Source: Paraspadella gotoi (lineage: Eukaryota > Animalia > Chaetognatha). From it: 64,000 nt of DNA. A model generated the notes under the pieces. It saw only the letters and a program-made list of their open reading frames with translations, searched no databases and was not told the DNA's origin. This document shows positions 39,041 to 52,309 of this stretch, piece after piece (position 1 is the stretch's first letter; each line of letters begins with the position of its first letter). The position numbers and the translations under genes were made by a program. The DNA is taken from NCBI GenBank assembly GCA_051294375.1, contig CM119268.1, positions 616,415-680,414 of the forward strand, given 5' to 3'.

Positions 39041-40610
39041 TCTTTTAACATTTAGTCATTTGGGCCACGATCTGCCGCTTCCGCGCGGGAATGTTCCATC
39101 ATTCGCCTGCACCGGATAAATTTCGTGACAGACCGAAAGTCGACGATGATGGCTCTAACAAAACTCATCATTGAGAAAGGAGCGCAAGTTAGAATGAATT
39201 TACTTTAATCGCTTCTTGCTTACATTTATGTATCGTATCAAACTTTTGTTTTGTTTAACAAATAAAAAAATTAAGCCATTTGATTGGATCTGTATAGTAA
39301 AATGCTTAAATTGTCTAAGGCTGATTAAGACTCGAATTTACAGAGTCCGAAACATACGTTTATGGAAAAATAAAATCGTTGTTTTGCTAAATTAAATAAA
39401 TTTTTTATCTGTACAACGCAAATAAAAAGAAAGGATTACACAATGGTTAAGATATAAAAAACTTATAAAATGCTCGATAAGGGGCCCCTATATTGAAAAC
39501 AATTACTGCCATTTTTTTCTATTTAAATATTTTTATTTTTAAAGAGCAGGTATAATAAACAAACTGTTTAATTTTACAAAACAAAATTCTATGAATTAAA
39601 GATCCCGAACGACCAAATCCTTAAAAAGTAAAAAATGCTCGTTCAGGGCCCAGTAGTCAGCGATTTCGATATGACATAAAATTTTAACCTCACCACGAGA
39701 TTCTCCACTGTAAAATTTAGTGCGACTTAAGCCTGTCCCCACCTACAAAATATCATTTTTGTTTTTTTTTTGAAAATGATTTAATAATATTAGTGGAATA
39801 CTAATCTGTAGTTATTTTTTTTTACAAATATAGAGCCCAGTCATATTAATGTCAAAATTTTAAAAAAATGTTTTTTTTTTAATTCTGAGAACAGATTCAA
39901 ATTCCTTGTAAAAGTTGATATAAGGAAATATTAATCTTTTTAAAAAATTATGTATTAAGTAGGTTAAATTACAAAAAACTAATTTTTAAGCTGGAAATTA
40001 CAAATCGCGTTTTAACAACATAAGTCTTTTTTTACAAGTTTTAACACAACTTAATAAAAATAATTTTTAAAAAAGAATTAAATACTTTCTTATATAAACT
40101 TTTTTGCAAAGGAATCCAATCCAATCTTAAAATTTAAACATTTTCATAATAAATAAGCCTCCCTGGTGCTCATAATGTAATAAAAATTATAAAATAAATC
40201 ACCAAAAGTAATTTAATTTATTTTTTCATGTTTTATATGCTTAATATTAATTTTATAAAATTTTATTATTTTCACATCACTTACCGTGCCTTTTGGCACC
40301 TCCAGTGAAACTCCTGTGTGTACTGGCCCAGTGCCCACTGTATTGCCAGCTGCCCCCGCTGTACCTCTAATTCGCCTGAACAATGTCCACGTAAATCGCA
40401 GACGATGGCGGAATTCCTCATTCCAGACACGACGCCTTCGTCGCCTGCATCGCCAGGCGACAGGTGAATGTGATTGCGTTCGGACATTCGGGAAATTCCC
40501 GCCTGATGACTGGGGAGGGAGAGGGGAAAGGGGATAGAGAGATTGAGAGAGAGAGCAGGGATAGAGAAAGAGAGAGAGAGAGAACAGAGAGAGAGAGAGA
40601 ACAGACCAGA

Positions 40611-40645
<35 letters not shown>

Positions 40646-40820
40646 GAAGAGAGAGAGTAAACGTTCCCTAAATTAAAACGATTTTTCGTTTCACTCTCTC
40701 TCTCCAGAGAGTGATAGTGAGAAAGAGAGAGTGAGAGAGAGAAAGTAAACAAAATCGAAGAGAAGGCCATGAAAATATTAGAACCTCAATGGGAAGTGGA
40801 GAGAGAGAGAGAGAGAGAGA
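39035..40820. repeat. Apparently identical direct duplicate of 34648-36433, including another antisense TRPT1 exon 5 copy (40365-40509)
   Basis: Constant offset of 4387 bp; ORFs 35826-36383 and 40213-40770 are identical; ends at an N gap. Confidence 0.95.
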
Positions 40821-40930
40821 NNNNNNNNNNNNNNNNNNNNNNNNNTCTCTCTTTCTCACTATCACTCTCTGAAGAGAGAGAGGTGAAACGAAAAATGTTT
40901 TAATTTAGGGAACGTTACTCTCTCTCTTTC

Positions 40931-40963
<33 letters not shown>

Positions 40964-41224
40964 TAGATGGTAGGAAGAAAGGAGAGGAGAGAGAGAGCAA
41001 CAGACTTTACAAGACAGACAGACAGACGACAGACAGACAGACGAAAGAGAGAGAGTAACGTTCCCTAAATTAAACATTTTTCGTTTCACTCTCTCTTCTC
41101 CAGAGAGTGATAGTGAGAAGAGAGAGGTGAGGAGAGAATCTCCTCTTGTNNNNNNNNNNNNNNNNNNNNNNNNNCCCTCTCTCTCTCTCAATCTCTCTAT
41201 CCCCTTTCCCCTCTCCCTCCCCAG

Positions 41225-41363
41225 TCATCAGGCGGGATTTCCCGAATGCGACGCAATCACATTCACCTGTCGCCTGGCGAGGCAGGCGACGAAGGCGTCG
41301 TGTCTGGAATGAGGAATTCCGCCATCGTCTGGATTTACGTGGACATTGTTCAGGCGATTAGAG
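41225..41363 (+). CDS. TRPT1: TRPT1 exon 5
   Basis: SSGGISRMRRNHIHLSPGEAGDEGVVSGMRNSAIVWIYVDIVQAIR contains the RM.RNHIH and SGMR motifs. Confidence 0.92.
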
Positions 41364-42534
41364 GTACAGCGGGCACTGGGCAATACAGTGGGCACTGGGC
41401 AGTACACACAGAGTTCACTGGAGTCCAAAGGGCACCGGTAAGTGATGTGAAAATAATAAAATTTTATAAAATTAATATTAAGCATATAAACATGAAAAAA
41501 ACTAATAAAAATACTTTGGTGAATTTATTTTATAATTTTATACATTATTGAGCACCAGGGAGCTATATTTATATATGAAAATGTTTAAATTTTAAGATTG
41601 GATTTGGATTCCTTGCAAAAAGTATAAGAAAGTATTTAATTCTTTTTTAAAAATTATTTTTATTAAGTTGTGTTAAAACTTGTAAAAAAAGACTTATGTT
41701 GTTAAAACGCGATTTGTAATTTCCAGCTTAAAATTTTTTGTAATTTTAACCTACTTAATGACATAATTTTTTTAAAAAGATTAATATTTTCTTATATCAA
41801 CTTTTTACAAGGAATTTGAATCTGTTCTCAGAATTAAAAAAAAACATTTTAAAATTTTGACATTATATAAAAGTAGTATTATATATAAAATAAGCTGACT
41901 GGGCTACTATATTTGTAAAAAAAAATAACTACAGATTAGTATTCACTAATATTATAGTTTTCAAGATATAACTGCTCAATTTTGATTCCAAACTTTCACT
42001 TGACAGTGAGAGTGGTTTTTACTGGAGTTGAGTAGGGTAATAAGGTAAATGGTGTGTCAAATATTTTTTTAAATAATAACAAAAATGCTATTAAAATAAT
42101 TGAATACAAAAAACAGTAACGTATCAATATCAGCGTACAAACACTGGAACACGGTAAACAAATAAAAACTACTCTGATGATTAAAATGTAACAAATGGCG
42201 AAAAAATTTTTGGGAGTGTGACACTGAAATTCGGTTGTACCGATAATGTTACTGTGGAAATCAAGAGTAAATATTTCGTAAATTAGTATATTAAAATAGT
42301 AAATTAATAATATAATATTAATTTACAGCTATACTTATGTAAAGACCATTGATATACTGGTTTTTAGCTCTAGAATAACAAAAAAAAAATTTACTACAAC
42401 ATGCAAAGTAAATATTTATAACCTTAAATATGTATGATTAATCGTTTTTCGTTTTTTCCTCCTTCCCCTTCTGAATCTTGCATATTAAATCTTTATGTTT
42501 TTTTTATTTTTTATTTTTATTTCTTTTTCACTCT

Positions 42535-42780
42535 TTCTCACTCCTTCAACCAATATCACTCCACCTCACTCCTTTCTCACTCCTTTCTTACTCCTTCAAC
42601 CCATATCACTCCACCTCACTCCTTTCTCCCTCATTTCTCTCTCCTTTCTCACTCCTTAAACCCATATCACTCCATCTCACTCCTTTCTCACTCCTTCAAC
42701 CCATATCACTCTATCTCACTCCTTTATCACTCCTTTCTCACTCCTTCAACCCATATCACTCTATCTCACTCCTTTAATCC
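42535..42780. repeat. ~39-bp minisatellite (ctccttcaacccatatcactccatctcactcctttctca)
   Basis: About 5-6 units just upstream of the TRPT1 exon 6 acceptor. Confidence 0.85.
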
Positions 42781-42810
42781 CAATCCCCCCCCCACACTAT
42801 CTCCTCTCAG

Positions 42811-42918
42811 ACGGATTCGAGTTCTTCCTTTCACCGAATCACGTGATCCTCTGCGCTGGCAACGACCAGGGAATTTTGCCGACAAAATATTTTAGGAAAA
42901 CGGTGCACCAGCAGAGAG
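42811..42918 (+). CDS. TRPT1: TRPT1 exon 6
   Basis: DGFEFFLSPNHVILCAGNDQGILPTKYFRKTVHQQR contains the G..F..S.N.VIL..G...G.LP..YF motif. Confidence 0.92.
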
Positions 42919-44030
42919 GTGAGGAAAAAGGGATCAGTGAACCGGCAGAGTAGGTGAGGAAAAAGGGATAAGTGAACCGGCAGAGAGGTGAGGAGAAAGG
43001 GATCAGTGAACCGGCAGAGAGGTGAGGAGAAAGGATCAGTGAACCGGCAGAGAGGTGAGGAGAAGGGATCAGTGAACCGGCAGAGAGGTGAGGAGAAAGG
43101 GATCAGTGAACCGCAGAGAGGTGAGGAGAAAGGGATCAGTGACCAGGCAGAGAGGTGAGGAGAAAGGGATCAGTGAACCGGCAGAGAGGTGAGGAAGAAA
43201 GGATCAGTGAACCGGCAGAGAGGTGAGGAGAAAGGGATCAGTGAACCGGCAGAGAGGTGACGAGAAAGGGATCAGTGCACCGGCAGAGAGGTGAGGAGAA
43301 AGGGATCAGTGAACCGCAGAGAGGTGAGAGAAAGGGATCAGTAAACCGGCAGAGAGGTGAGGAGAAAGGGATCAGTGAACCGGCAGAGAGGTGAGAGAAA
43401 GGGATCAGTGAACCGGCAGAGAGGTGACGAGAAAGGATCAGTGCACCGCAGAGAGGTGACGAGAAAGGGATCAGTGAACCGGCAAGAAGGTGAGGAGAAA
43501 GGGATCAGTTAACCGGCAAAGATGTGAGGAGAAAGGGTTCAGTGAACCGGCAGAGAGGTGAGGAGAAAGGGATCAGTGAACCAGCAGAGAGGTGAGGAGA
43601 AAGGGATCTGTGAACCGGCAGAGAGGTGGCGAGAAAGGTATCAGTGAACCGGCAGAGAGGTGAGGAGAAAGGGATCAGTGAACTGGCAGAGAGGTGACGA
43701 GAAAGGGATCAGTGAACCGGCAGAGAGGTGAGGAGAAAGGGATCAGATAACCGGAAAAGATGTGGAGGAGAAAGGGTTCAGTGAACGGCAGAGAGGTGAG
43801 GAGAAAGGGATCAGTGAACCGGCAGAGAGGTGAGGAAAAAGGGATCAGTGAACCGCCAAGAGGTGAGGAGAAAGGGATCAGTGAACCGGCAGAGAGGTGA
43901 GGAGAAAGGGATCAGTGAACCGGCAGAGAGGTGAGGAGAAAGGGATCAGTGAACCGGCAGAGAGGTACGAAAAGGGATCAGTGAACCGGCAAAGATGTGA
44001 GGAGAAATGGTTCAGTGAACCGGCAGAGTA
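42900..44030 (+). repeat. 34-bp minisatellite (cagtgaaccggcagagaggtgaggagaaagggat), roughly 33 units
   Basis: The unit contains the end of TRPT1 exon 6 and its AG|GTGAGG donor; relics at ~44483-44600. Confidence 0.95.
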
Positions 44031-45024
44031 ATAAAGAAATGAGATCAGTCCATCCAATGTGTTGCGCCGCAGTGACTTTCTTTTCACTTGTATTTTCCTG
44101 TGATCACATGACTACATGATTAGAAAATTTATGTATAACAAACATTCTAGGGTTGATTAATTCTCTGCAAAGTTTCAACTCAAACAACGCGACATTACAA
44201 GAAATATGCCACATTTAGTTTTTGATTTAGACGCATTTAGTAATATCCTAACAATTTGCCAAGTATTAACTAAAATTACTCAGTATTTTGTGAATTATGC
44301 TGCATTATATTTTATCCCTTGTATTTCCATACATTTTTGACATGTACTGCATTAGATACCATCTTGGATGTTTGTAGTTTATATAAGATTTATATTAAAA
44401 AACAAAAGGCAGCGCTAGTAGTCGCTTAGACTGTCAGACCAAACACTTGCTTAGCAAATACTCATGGCGCAACTAAAAAGAAAGTGCTCCGGCAGAGAGT
44501 TAAGGAGAGAGAGAAAACAGTGCACCGGCAGAGAGGTGAGAAGAGAGAGAAAACAGTGCACCGGCAGAGAAGGATAGAGAAAAAAAGTCAGTGCACCTGA
44601 AATGAAAAGGAAAGAAACTTAGCTTTAGTAAAAGAGGAAGGGAATAAGTGAGGAAGAGGAGGAGGAGAAGGAGGAGGAGAAGATGAAGAAGGAGGAGAAG
44701 GGGAAGGAGAGAAGGAGGAGAGGAGAAGGAACAGGAGAAGGAGGAGAAGGAGGAGAGGAGAAGGAACAGGAGAAGGAGTAGGAGGAGGAAGAGGAGGAGC
44801 AATGGCGAATGCAAGGAAAACAAGAGATAATCTATTTCAACCATAAATCCCACTCGCGTCCACAACAAAAAAAACGACCAAAACAACAACGACAACAGTG
44901 GGGAGGATTAGCCAACAGAGACAATAACAATCTGCAATAACAATCTGCAATTGCAAGAAAAATGTTTGGTTACCAATTTGTTAAAAGCGTCGAATAAAAC
45001 TAATTTTTCTTTCCTCATTTGCAG

Positions 45025-45167
45025 ATGGGAATCATCGAATTCTATTTCCGACGATAAAACCTGAAGGCAAACATCTGCAAGAAGCAACATGCACAGATGA
45101 TTACAGACGGGAAGCAAAATCGAGAGATGTCTTCAAATGCGAAACATCTGCTAATAAGAGGAAATGA
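45025..45167 (+). CDS. TRPT1: Probable TRPT1 terminal exon
   Basis: Strong polypyrimidine/ttgcAG acceptor, phase 1, DGNHRILFPTIKPEGK...NKRK*. Not a conserved region. Confidence 0.55.
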
Positions 45168-46813
45168 AGAAAATGTAGAGATGATGAGATGAGATGAGAA
45201 AAGATGAGATGAGATGAGATGAATGAAGAATTTTAGGAATTTTTACTCTTTCTCTCTCTCTCACTCTCTTTTTCTCACACTCTCCCTCTCCCTCTCCTCT
45301 CTCTCTTTTCCTTCCGCCCCTATTTTATCATTCTCCCTTCCACTCTCTCTTTCTATCTCCATTCCACTCTCTCTCTCTGTCTCTCTCTCGCTCTCTCTCT
45401 CTCTTTCCCCTTCCATCTCTATTATTTATTTGTGTCCCTCATTCACTCAAAGGGATTTTGATCTCAAAACCAAAATTCCTCAAATTTCATTTCATTATTT
45501 TCCCAATATTTTTTTTCTGACAAAAAATAAAAATGAATTTTATACGATGTGATACAGTGTGATGCAATTGAACCGAGAAAATAAAATTATTTCGCTAACT
45601 AAATTTTCTTTATTGAAAAAACATCGGAGATATCGTTTGTATTGGTTAAGAATAAAATGGCGAATGGAGAGAGAGAGAGCGAGAGCGAGAGAGAGAGAGA
45701 GGGAGAGAGAGACATAGTAAAAGAGAGAGATCATGTATAATATTTATTTGTACAGCACAAACAATTAATGGCGGATTTTAGTTTAGTGCCAAGAAAAGAA
45801 ATAAAGTTAAGAAAGGAAAGAATTCGAGTCAATTAATTTTAAAAACTAGAAAAGACTTAAAAAATACTTTGATAAGAATATGATGACGCCTGGCGACTCT
45901 CGAGGCTTTTGCGCCGTTCATGGCACTGACGCACTTCGTCGATCCTTTCCTGGCACCGCCAGACCCCGTCGGGCTTTTGATGGCACCAATGAGAATTCGT
46001 TTTCGTAATATTTAGTTGTTTCGTTTAGAAAGTAACATAAAAGTAATAAACTATAAGTTGCTTATGTTTCACACTTATGTATTTACGTGATTATTGGAAA
46101 ATGCAGCATCGAAAGAAAGTCAGAGCGGCGTCTTGAACCTTTCACTTCATGTTTCAACACTTCTAATTTTTAAATTTTTTTTATATCTTTAATGTATATA
46201 TAACATTAATCGTTAAATTGTTTAAAACAATTCTATTTGGCCATTTGTGTAGTTTTTTTTTTCTCAAGTAGTTTAGAAAGGTTTGGGAAAGATAGAGGAG
46301 TAGAGGAAGAGGAGGGAGTGGGGGCAGGGGATTTGGGAAGGGGAGGAAGAAGGGGGAGGGGGGGCAGGGGATTAATGAAGGGGAGGAAGAGGGGGTTAGG
46401 GGATTTGGGAAGAGGAGGGAGGGGGGCAGGGAATTTGGGAAGGAGAGGAAGAGGGGGGAGGTAACCAGGTCTGCTGGGCCTGGCCCTCTCTCTGTTACCC
46501 AAGAAACAGATCGAAGAAAGAGAAAGAAAGCGAAAGAGAGAAAGAGAAAGCGAAAGAGAAAGAGAGAAAGAGAAAGGAAGACAAACGAAGAGCAAGAGAA
46601 AGAAAAATAGAGAAAGAAAGAAAAAAAGAGAGAAAAATAAAGAGAGAGAGAATGAGAGAAAGAAAGAGAAAGAAAGATAAATAGATTCAATTGTTACTGC
46701 AATGTGCAATTCAATGTTATATTACGATTGATATATTACAATTCATTTATAATAATCATGGTATTATAATGATGTGCCATAGTTTATGGCATAATGTCGT
46801 CAGTTTGTTTATT

Positions 46814-46865
<52 letters not shown>

Positions 46866-46896
46866 ACTTAAAAATATGAAAAATTGTCTACTATCA

Positions 46897-46942
46897 AAAA
46901 CTGATGAAGACTCGCCAAGTAAGAGTCGAAACATGTCCGTTA
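46897..46942 (+). ncRNA. Minimal hammerhead ribozyme motif (Penelope type; stem I degenerate)
   Basis: CTGATGA A GACTC gccaagtaa GAGTC GAAA CATGTC cgtt. Confidence 0.7.
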
Positions 46943-48075
46943 TTCTGTTAATAAATCGTTGTAAAAATAGTAAAAACTATCGTTTTCAAATTCGCTAAAG
47001 AATTTAGACTTTTTACTACGCTTTAATAAGCAGATCTGGCTAATAACATTGTGATACTATAAATAAAACAATGAATGGCGGATTTGAGTTTAATGCCAAA
47101 TTAAAACTATATAAAAAAAGGAGAAAATTAGAGTCAAAAAATTTGAAAAAGACTCAATTTTGATAAGAATTTGATTGAACAGTTTGAAAATATTGAGCCA
47201 GAAAAGAAAGGAACATTATAGAAAATTGATATGATTTTTTGTTCAAATTTGTAAGCTGAGCAGAAATTTAATTGAGATATAAACAAACAACACGAAGGAA
47301 ATATTAAATTAAAAATAGGGAAAATAATTTACACAAAGAAAGTAATAACTGTATGTATTTTTATTGTAAAAAATAAAGTTTGGGAATTTAAAAAAAATCA
47401 CATACCATTTATCTTTTTATATGATAATTCGTAAATGTATTATTTTGTCATGAAGCAGAGATAGAGAGAAAGAGATCACGTAAGTTTACAAAATAAATTA
47501 TATCCAAATCAAATCTGACTTAAATCAAATTTGATTTATTTGATTTGTTCAAATCCGTTTCTCATTTCTTCATTTTATTTGATTTATGAAATTGGTACAA
47601 CCAATATGAAAATTATAATATTATCGCTATCTTAATTTAAAACCAGACATTATTAAAAAAAACACTGTTAATCTATTTAGCACTATACTTTGTTTCGAGA
47701 TCCATCAATTATCACAATCAGAGTTTTCTCGGAAAATCCTGTATTTCATTGAGTAGATGATAGCCACTGGCATACAGCGGAATTGGCATGACAAGGGGAA
47801 TCGGCATGACAAAGGGAATTGGCATGACAAGGGGAACAGGTCAGTCAACTCGGAAAGGAAAGAATTTGAAAAAAATAAAAATAGCTAATTACAATAAGCT
47901 TTTTTTTCCTCTCCGATTTTTAACTATTTTTACCTCATCCCTCACTCCTCCTCATCTTCCTCCTGCACCTCTTCCCGCACTCCTCTTCCTCATGTTCCTC
48001 CTGCACCTCTTCCCGCACTCCTCTTCCTCCTCTTTCTCCTCCACCTCGTCCTCTTTCTCCTCCTCCGCCTCCCCA

Positions 48076-48237
48076 TTATCCCTCCATCAACACGTGCCAT
48101 CTCTGCACCGGCTCCCCTCCATTGTCCAGCATGTCGTCCCAGTGAGAGGCTTCCTCCTTGCTGGTGTTCTTCAGCCCCAGCGAGAACCACCCCAGCAGTT
48201 CTTTCTTCTTCATGCTCCTCTTGTTGAAAACGGAGAT
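48076..48237 (-). CDS. Synaptotagmin-14/16-like, last exon (C2B C-terminus)
   Basis: ISVFNKRSMKKKELLGWFSLGLKNTSKEEASHWDDMLDNGGEPVQRWHVLMEG* has the GW.SLG, E..HW..M and RWH.L synaptotagmin tail; KRSMK is typical of SYT14/16. Confidence 0.92.
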   Translation of the reverse strand: MSVFNKRSMKKKELLGWFSLGLKNTSKEEASHWDDMLDNGGEPVQRWHVLMEG

Positions 48238-49278
48238 CTGGAGGAAAGAGGAAAGGGAGGAAAGGAAAGAGGAAAAGGAAAAAAGGAAGGGAAGTAAAGG
48301 GAGAAAAGAAAAGGGAGGAAAGGAAAGAGGAAAGGGAGGAAATATAGAAAAGGAAAGAGAAAAGGGAGGAAAGGAAAGAGGAAAAGGAGAAAAGGGAGAA
48401 AAGTAAAGAGGAAAGGGAGAAAAGGAAAGGGAAGAAGGAAAGAAGAAAGGAAAGAAAGAGGAAAGGGAGGAAATGAAAGAGAAAAGGGAAGGAAAGGAGA
48501 AAAGGAAAGAGTGGAAAGGGAGGAAAGGAAAAAGGAAAGGAAGAAAAAGAAAGGGAGGAAAGGAAAGATGAAAGAGAGGAAAGGAAAAAGGAAAAGGAGG
48601 AAAGGAAAGAGGAAAGGAGAAAGGAAGGGAGGAAAGGAAATAGAAAAGGGAGGAAAGGAAAGAGGAAAGGGAGGAAAGGGAGGAAAGGAAGTAGACAAAG
48701 AAGGGAAAGAAAAGAATAAATAATAATTACTGTTTATTTGTACTAATTGTAGGCTGTAGACATTTGTTTTCCTTTGTTATTCTTTTTTTTTCAGGTCGAA
48801 TTTATATTCTAAAACAACTGAGGATTGCCTCAGTGTAAAAATTGTAAATAATTATCAAAGAGTTTTACAACTGGATGATATTTATAGCTTTAATGAAAGT
48901 TTCTGTCTTTTGTAAAAACGATGGGATAGCGAGATATTGCAAAGCGGAGGAAATTGTGATTAAATCCAGATAAAGAGAGAGNNNNNNNNNNAGAGAGAGA
49001 GGAAATGAGAACAATTGAGAAAATACGAGATGAGGTACAATGTGGGAACAATTCAAAACTTTATGGAGGAAAAGGGAGGAGAAGAAAAGGAGGAATCGAA
49101 AGAGGAGGAGAAGGAAGAGGAGGAGGAGGAGGAAGAGGAGGAGGAGAAGTAGAAAGAAGAGAAAGAGGAGATTGAGATGAAGTGAAATGAAAATGAAAAG
49201 AAAAAGAAAAAAAAACTAAAAAAATGAAAAAAAAAGAAAAAAAATGAAATGATAGCCTCATTGCTGAGCATCGTTGAT

Positions 49279-49311
<33 letters not shown>

Positions 49312-49668
49312 TTGCGCTCCCTCTTTATTTTCCTATTGTCTCTTACTCACTGTGATCATTTTCGAGGAAAATACAGTTTAGTCTCACAAGAAACCCTGAT
49401 TCGTTTAGGTCTATAGGGTGAGACCGACTCTCAAAAAAAAAAAAGGAAAAAAAGAAAAAAAAAGTTTTGATCTATAGATTAAAAAAAATATGAAGAAAGT
49501 CCTAATAATAAAAATAACAATCAAATGAAAACACGGAGAGTCATACAGACAGACAGATCGATCGACAGACTGACTGACCAACCGAGAGTCTCATTTAATT
49601 AATTTCCCCAACGAATCTTTTGACCTCGAATTTTTTTTTCTTTTAGTTTTACTTGAATCACATTTAAT

Positions 49669-49704
<36 letters not shown>

Positions 49705-49736
49705 TCTCTTTCTTTCCTCTCCTCCCTTCCTCTTCT

Positions 49737-49803
<67 letters not shown>

Positions 49804-49840
49804 TCCCCACCTCTTTACTCCCTCCTCCCCCCCCGCTCAC

Positions 49841-49937
49841 CAACAGTGAAACTCCCTTCAACTGTTCATTTGTGACTTGGAATCCAAAAGTTTCTTTGTA
49901 CAGTGGATTCGGCTGACCGCGTCGCATCGAGGTTTTG
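49841..49937 (-). CDS. Synaptotagmin-14/16-like C2B exon
   Basis: [33 protein letters not shown]; GTGAG donor; phases fit both neighbours. Confidence 0.92.
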
Positions 49938-51569
49938 CTGTTTGGAAATAATCGGGTTTTATTGTCATTTCAATCTACTCGTCCGCTGAATCTTGATGGT
50001 AAAGTAGAACCGGGCGGGGACTCTGGGCTGCACTTACGCAAGCTGCTTCCAGAAAAATATTTATTTGATCTTTATATATAGTAAAGAAAGTTTTGTGACA
50101 GTGATACAAATAGTGATATAGTGACATATGATATAGCAATTCATACAGTGATATTAATTTCGTTTATACAGATTCAACAAGTAAATACCAAACAGCTTTT
50201 GTCTGTGGTACTGTAGTCAGAAATAGCTATAAGTTCACCCCGGTGGATCTGTGAGTCATACCATCAGCTGTTGACCATTAGGTACTGGGATCGATTCCCC
50301 AATGGTACCTACCCTGCGGGAAGCGTGAGGACGGCCTTTGGGGCCTGGAAAACCCTCAAACCTGGTTCCAAGCCCAGGACCCGTTCCATTGCTGTTGTGG
50401 GGGCACAAAAGATACGGATAGTAGTAATTTTAAGATTCATCTGATAGTTATAGTTAATTAGTTTTAATTAATACGAATTGTATTGTATTGTATTGTTTTA
50501 TCGGATTCTGACAGAGCTTAAAAAGTTAGATTTTGGGAACTCAAATGATTTGAACAACGACGACGAAGACGACGACGAAGAAGACGACGAAGTAAGAATG
50601 AGCTGATTATATTCGACCATGAATGACCTTGTTATGACTGACCTTTTCAGCCAAAGTAAATACGTAGTTGTTGTTGTGATTTTCAGCGTTTTTGCCTTTT
50701 TTCTCTGTTTTTGGAGATATACGTATTTCTTCTCTCACAAAAAAAACACGTCTCGTCACCGCAAGATGAAGAATAAAAAACTGAATGATGATGATGATGA
50801 TGATTTTTCAGGGTTTTTTTAATTTTTGACCAATTTTTAATTAAAAATTATATTACTAACATTCTAGGAAAATCTAGCTAACCAGAATATGGAATCAAAT
50901 GGAATCGAATGGAATCACCAGAAACCGGATCGGAGGCTGGGGAAGAAATCACCGAAATGGAATCAAGCTCTCTGATTGGTCGAGACTCGAGATGGAACCA
51001 GCCAATGGGCTTCCATCCGCCAGGAAAATCTGCCCCCGTCTCTGATCCACTTGCATTGTATAAAAAGCATCAGTTTTTGTACCAATTCATTTTGTCCATA
51101 TATTGACACCGTCTACTTACTTAAATGCTAACTAGTTAATGATCTAACTTTTTGATCTCTATCAGAATCCGTTTTAAAAAATTCAAATATAAAAATTTGT
51201 TTTAGTAATTTATCATATTTTGTTGAATATCAAAATGCCTCCATGCGTAAATAAAATGAATTAATCTAAAATTTAATATCAGACTGTTTTATATTGTGAA
51301 AAATGTTAAAATCTGGTCCGCCATAATCCCTTATAATCTTGCCTCACTGAACTTTCTCACGAGATTTAGATCTAAAAATGTAACTTTTACCAAACTAAAA
51401 CTTCTCTCGCAATAATTTTATACTTTGCAATGATTACACTTTTTAAAAATCAGAGAAATGAACAAAAGAAACAAAAATAACCAGAAACATACAACAAAAA
51501 CACGAAGACAAACAAAAAATCAAACAAAACAAACAATTGGCACAAAAATAAACATAAAATCAAACCTAA

Positions 51570-52215
51570 CACACTCGAACGATGACAATGACAATGACAC
51601 TCGAACAATGACAATGACACTTAAATGATGACAATGACACTCGAACAATGACAATGACAATGACACTCGAACAATGACAATAACACTAGAACAACGACAA
51701 TGACAATGACACTCGAACCAGGACAATGACAATGACACTCGAACAATGACAATGACAATGACACTTAAACGATGACAATGACACTCGAACAATGACAATG
51801 ACACTCGAACAATGACAATAACACTAGAACAACGACAATGAAAATGACACTCAAACGAGGACAATGACAATGACACTCGAATGATGACAATGACCATGAT
51901 GCTCGAACAATGACAATGACACTCAAACAATGACAATGACACTTGAATGATGACAATGACACTAGAACAACGACAATGACAATGACACTCGAACAATGAC
52001 AATGACAATTACGCTTGAACAATGACAATGACAATTATGCTCGAACAATGACAATGACACTCGAACGATGATAATGACAATGACACTCAAATGATGACCA
52101 TGACACTCAAACAATGACAATGACATTAGAACGATGACAATGACAATGACACTCGAATGACAATGACACTCGAACGATGACAATGACACTCGAACGATGA
52201 CAAGGACACTCGAAC
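51570..52215. repeat. Compound minisatellite ((gacaat)n gacactcgaac)
   Basis: Variable 21-27-bp units starting exactly at the synaptotagmin exon donor. Confidence 0.9.
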
Positions 52216-52309
52216 CTGTTAAAGATTTCTTCATCTTGATCGTTGATGAGGGCGACTTTGACGTAAGTGTCGGGTGGACGCGTCATACTCAAGTTGCGTA
52301 AATTAGACC
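52216..52309 (-). CDS. Synaptotagmin-14/16-like C2B exon
   Basis: GSNLRNLSMTRPPDTYVKVALINDQDEEIFN; ttttAG acceptor; phase 2 donor. Confidence 0.88.

Noticed and set aside
42900-44030. CRISPR-like regular array
   Set aside because: Units are head-to-tail with no unique spacers, there are no cas genes and the context is a eukaryotic intron. The same applies to 62025-62905.
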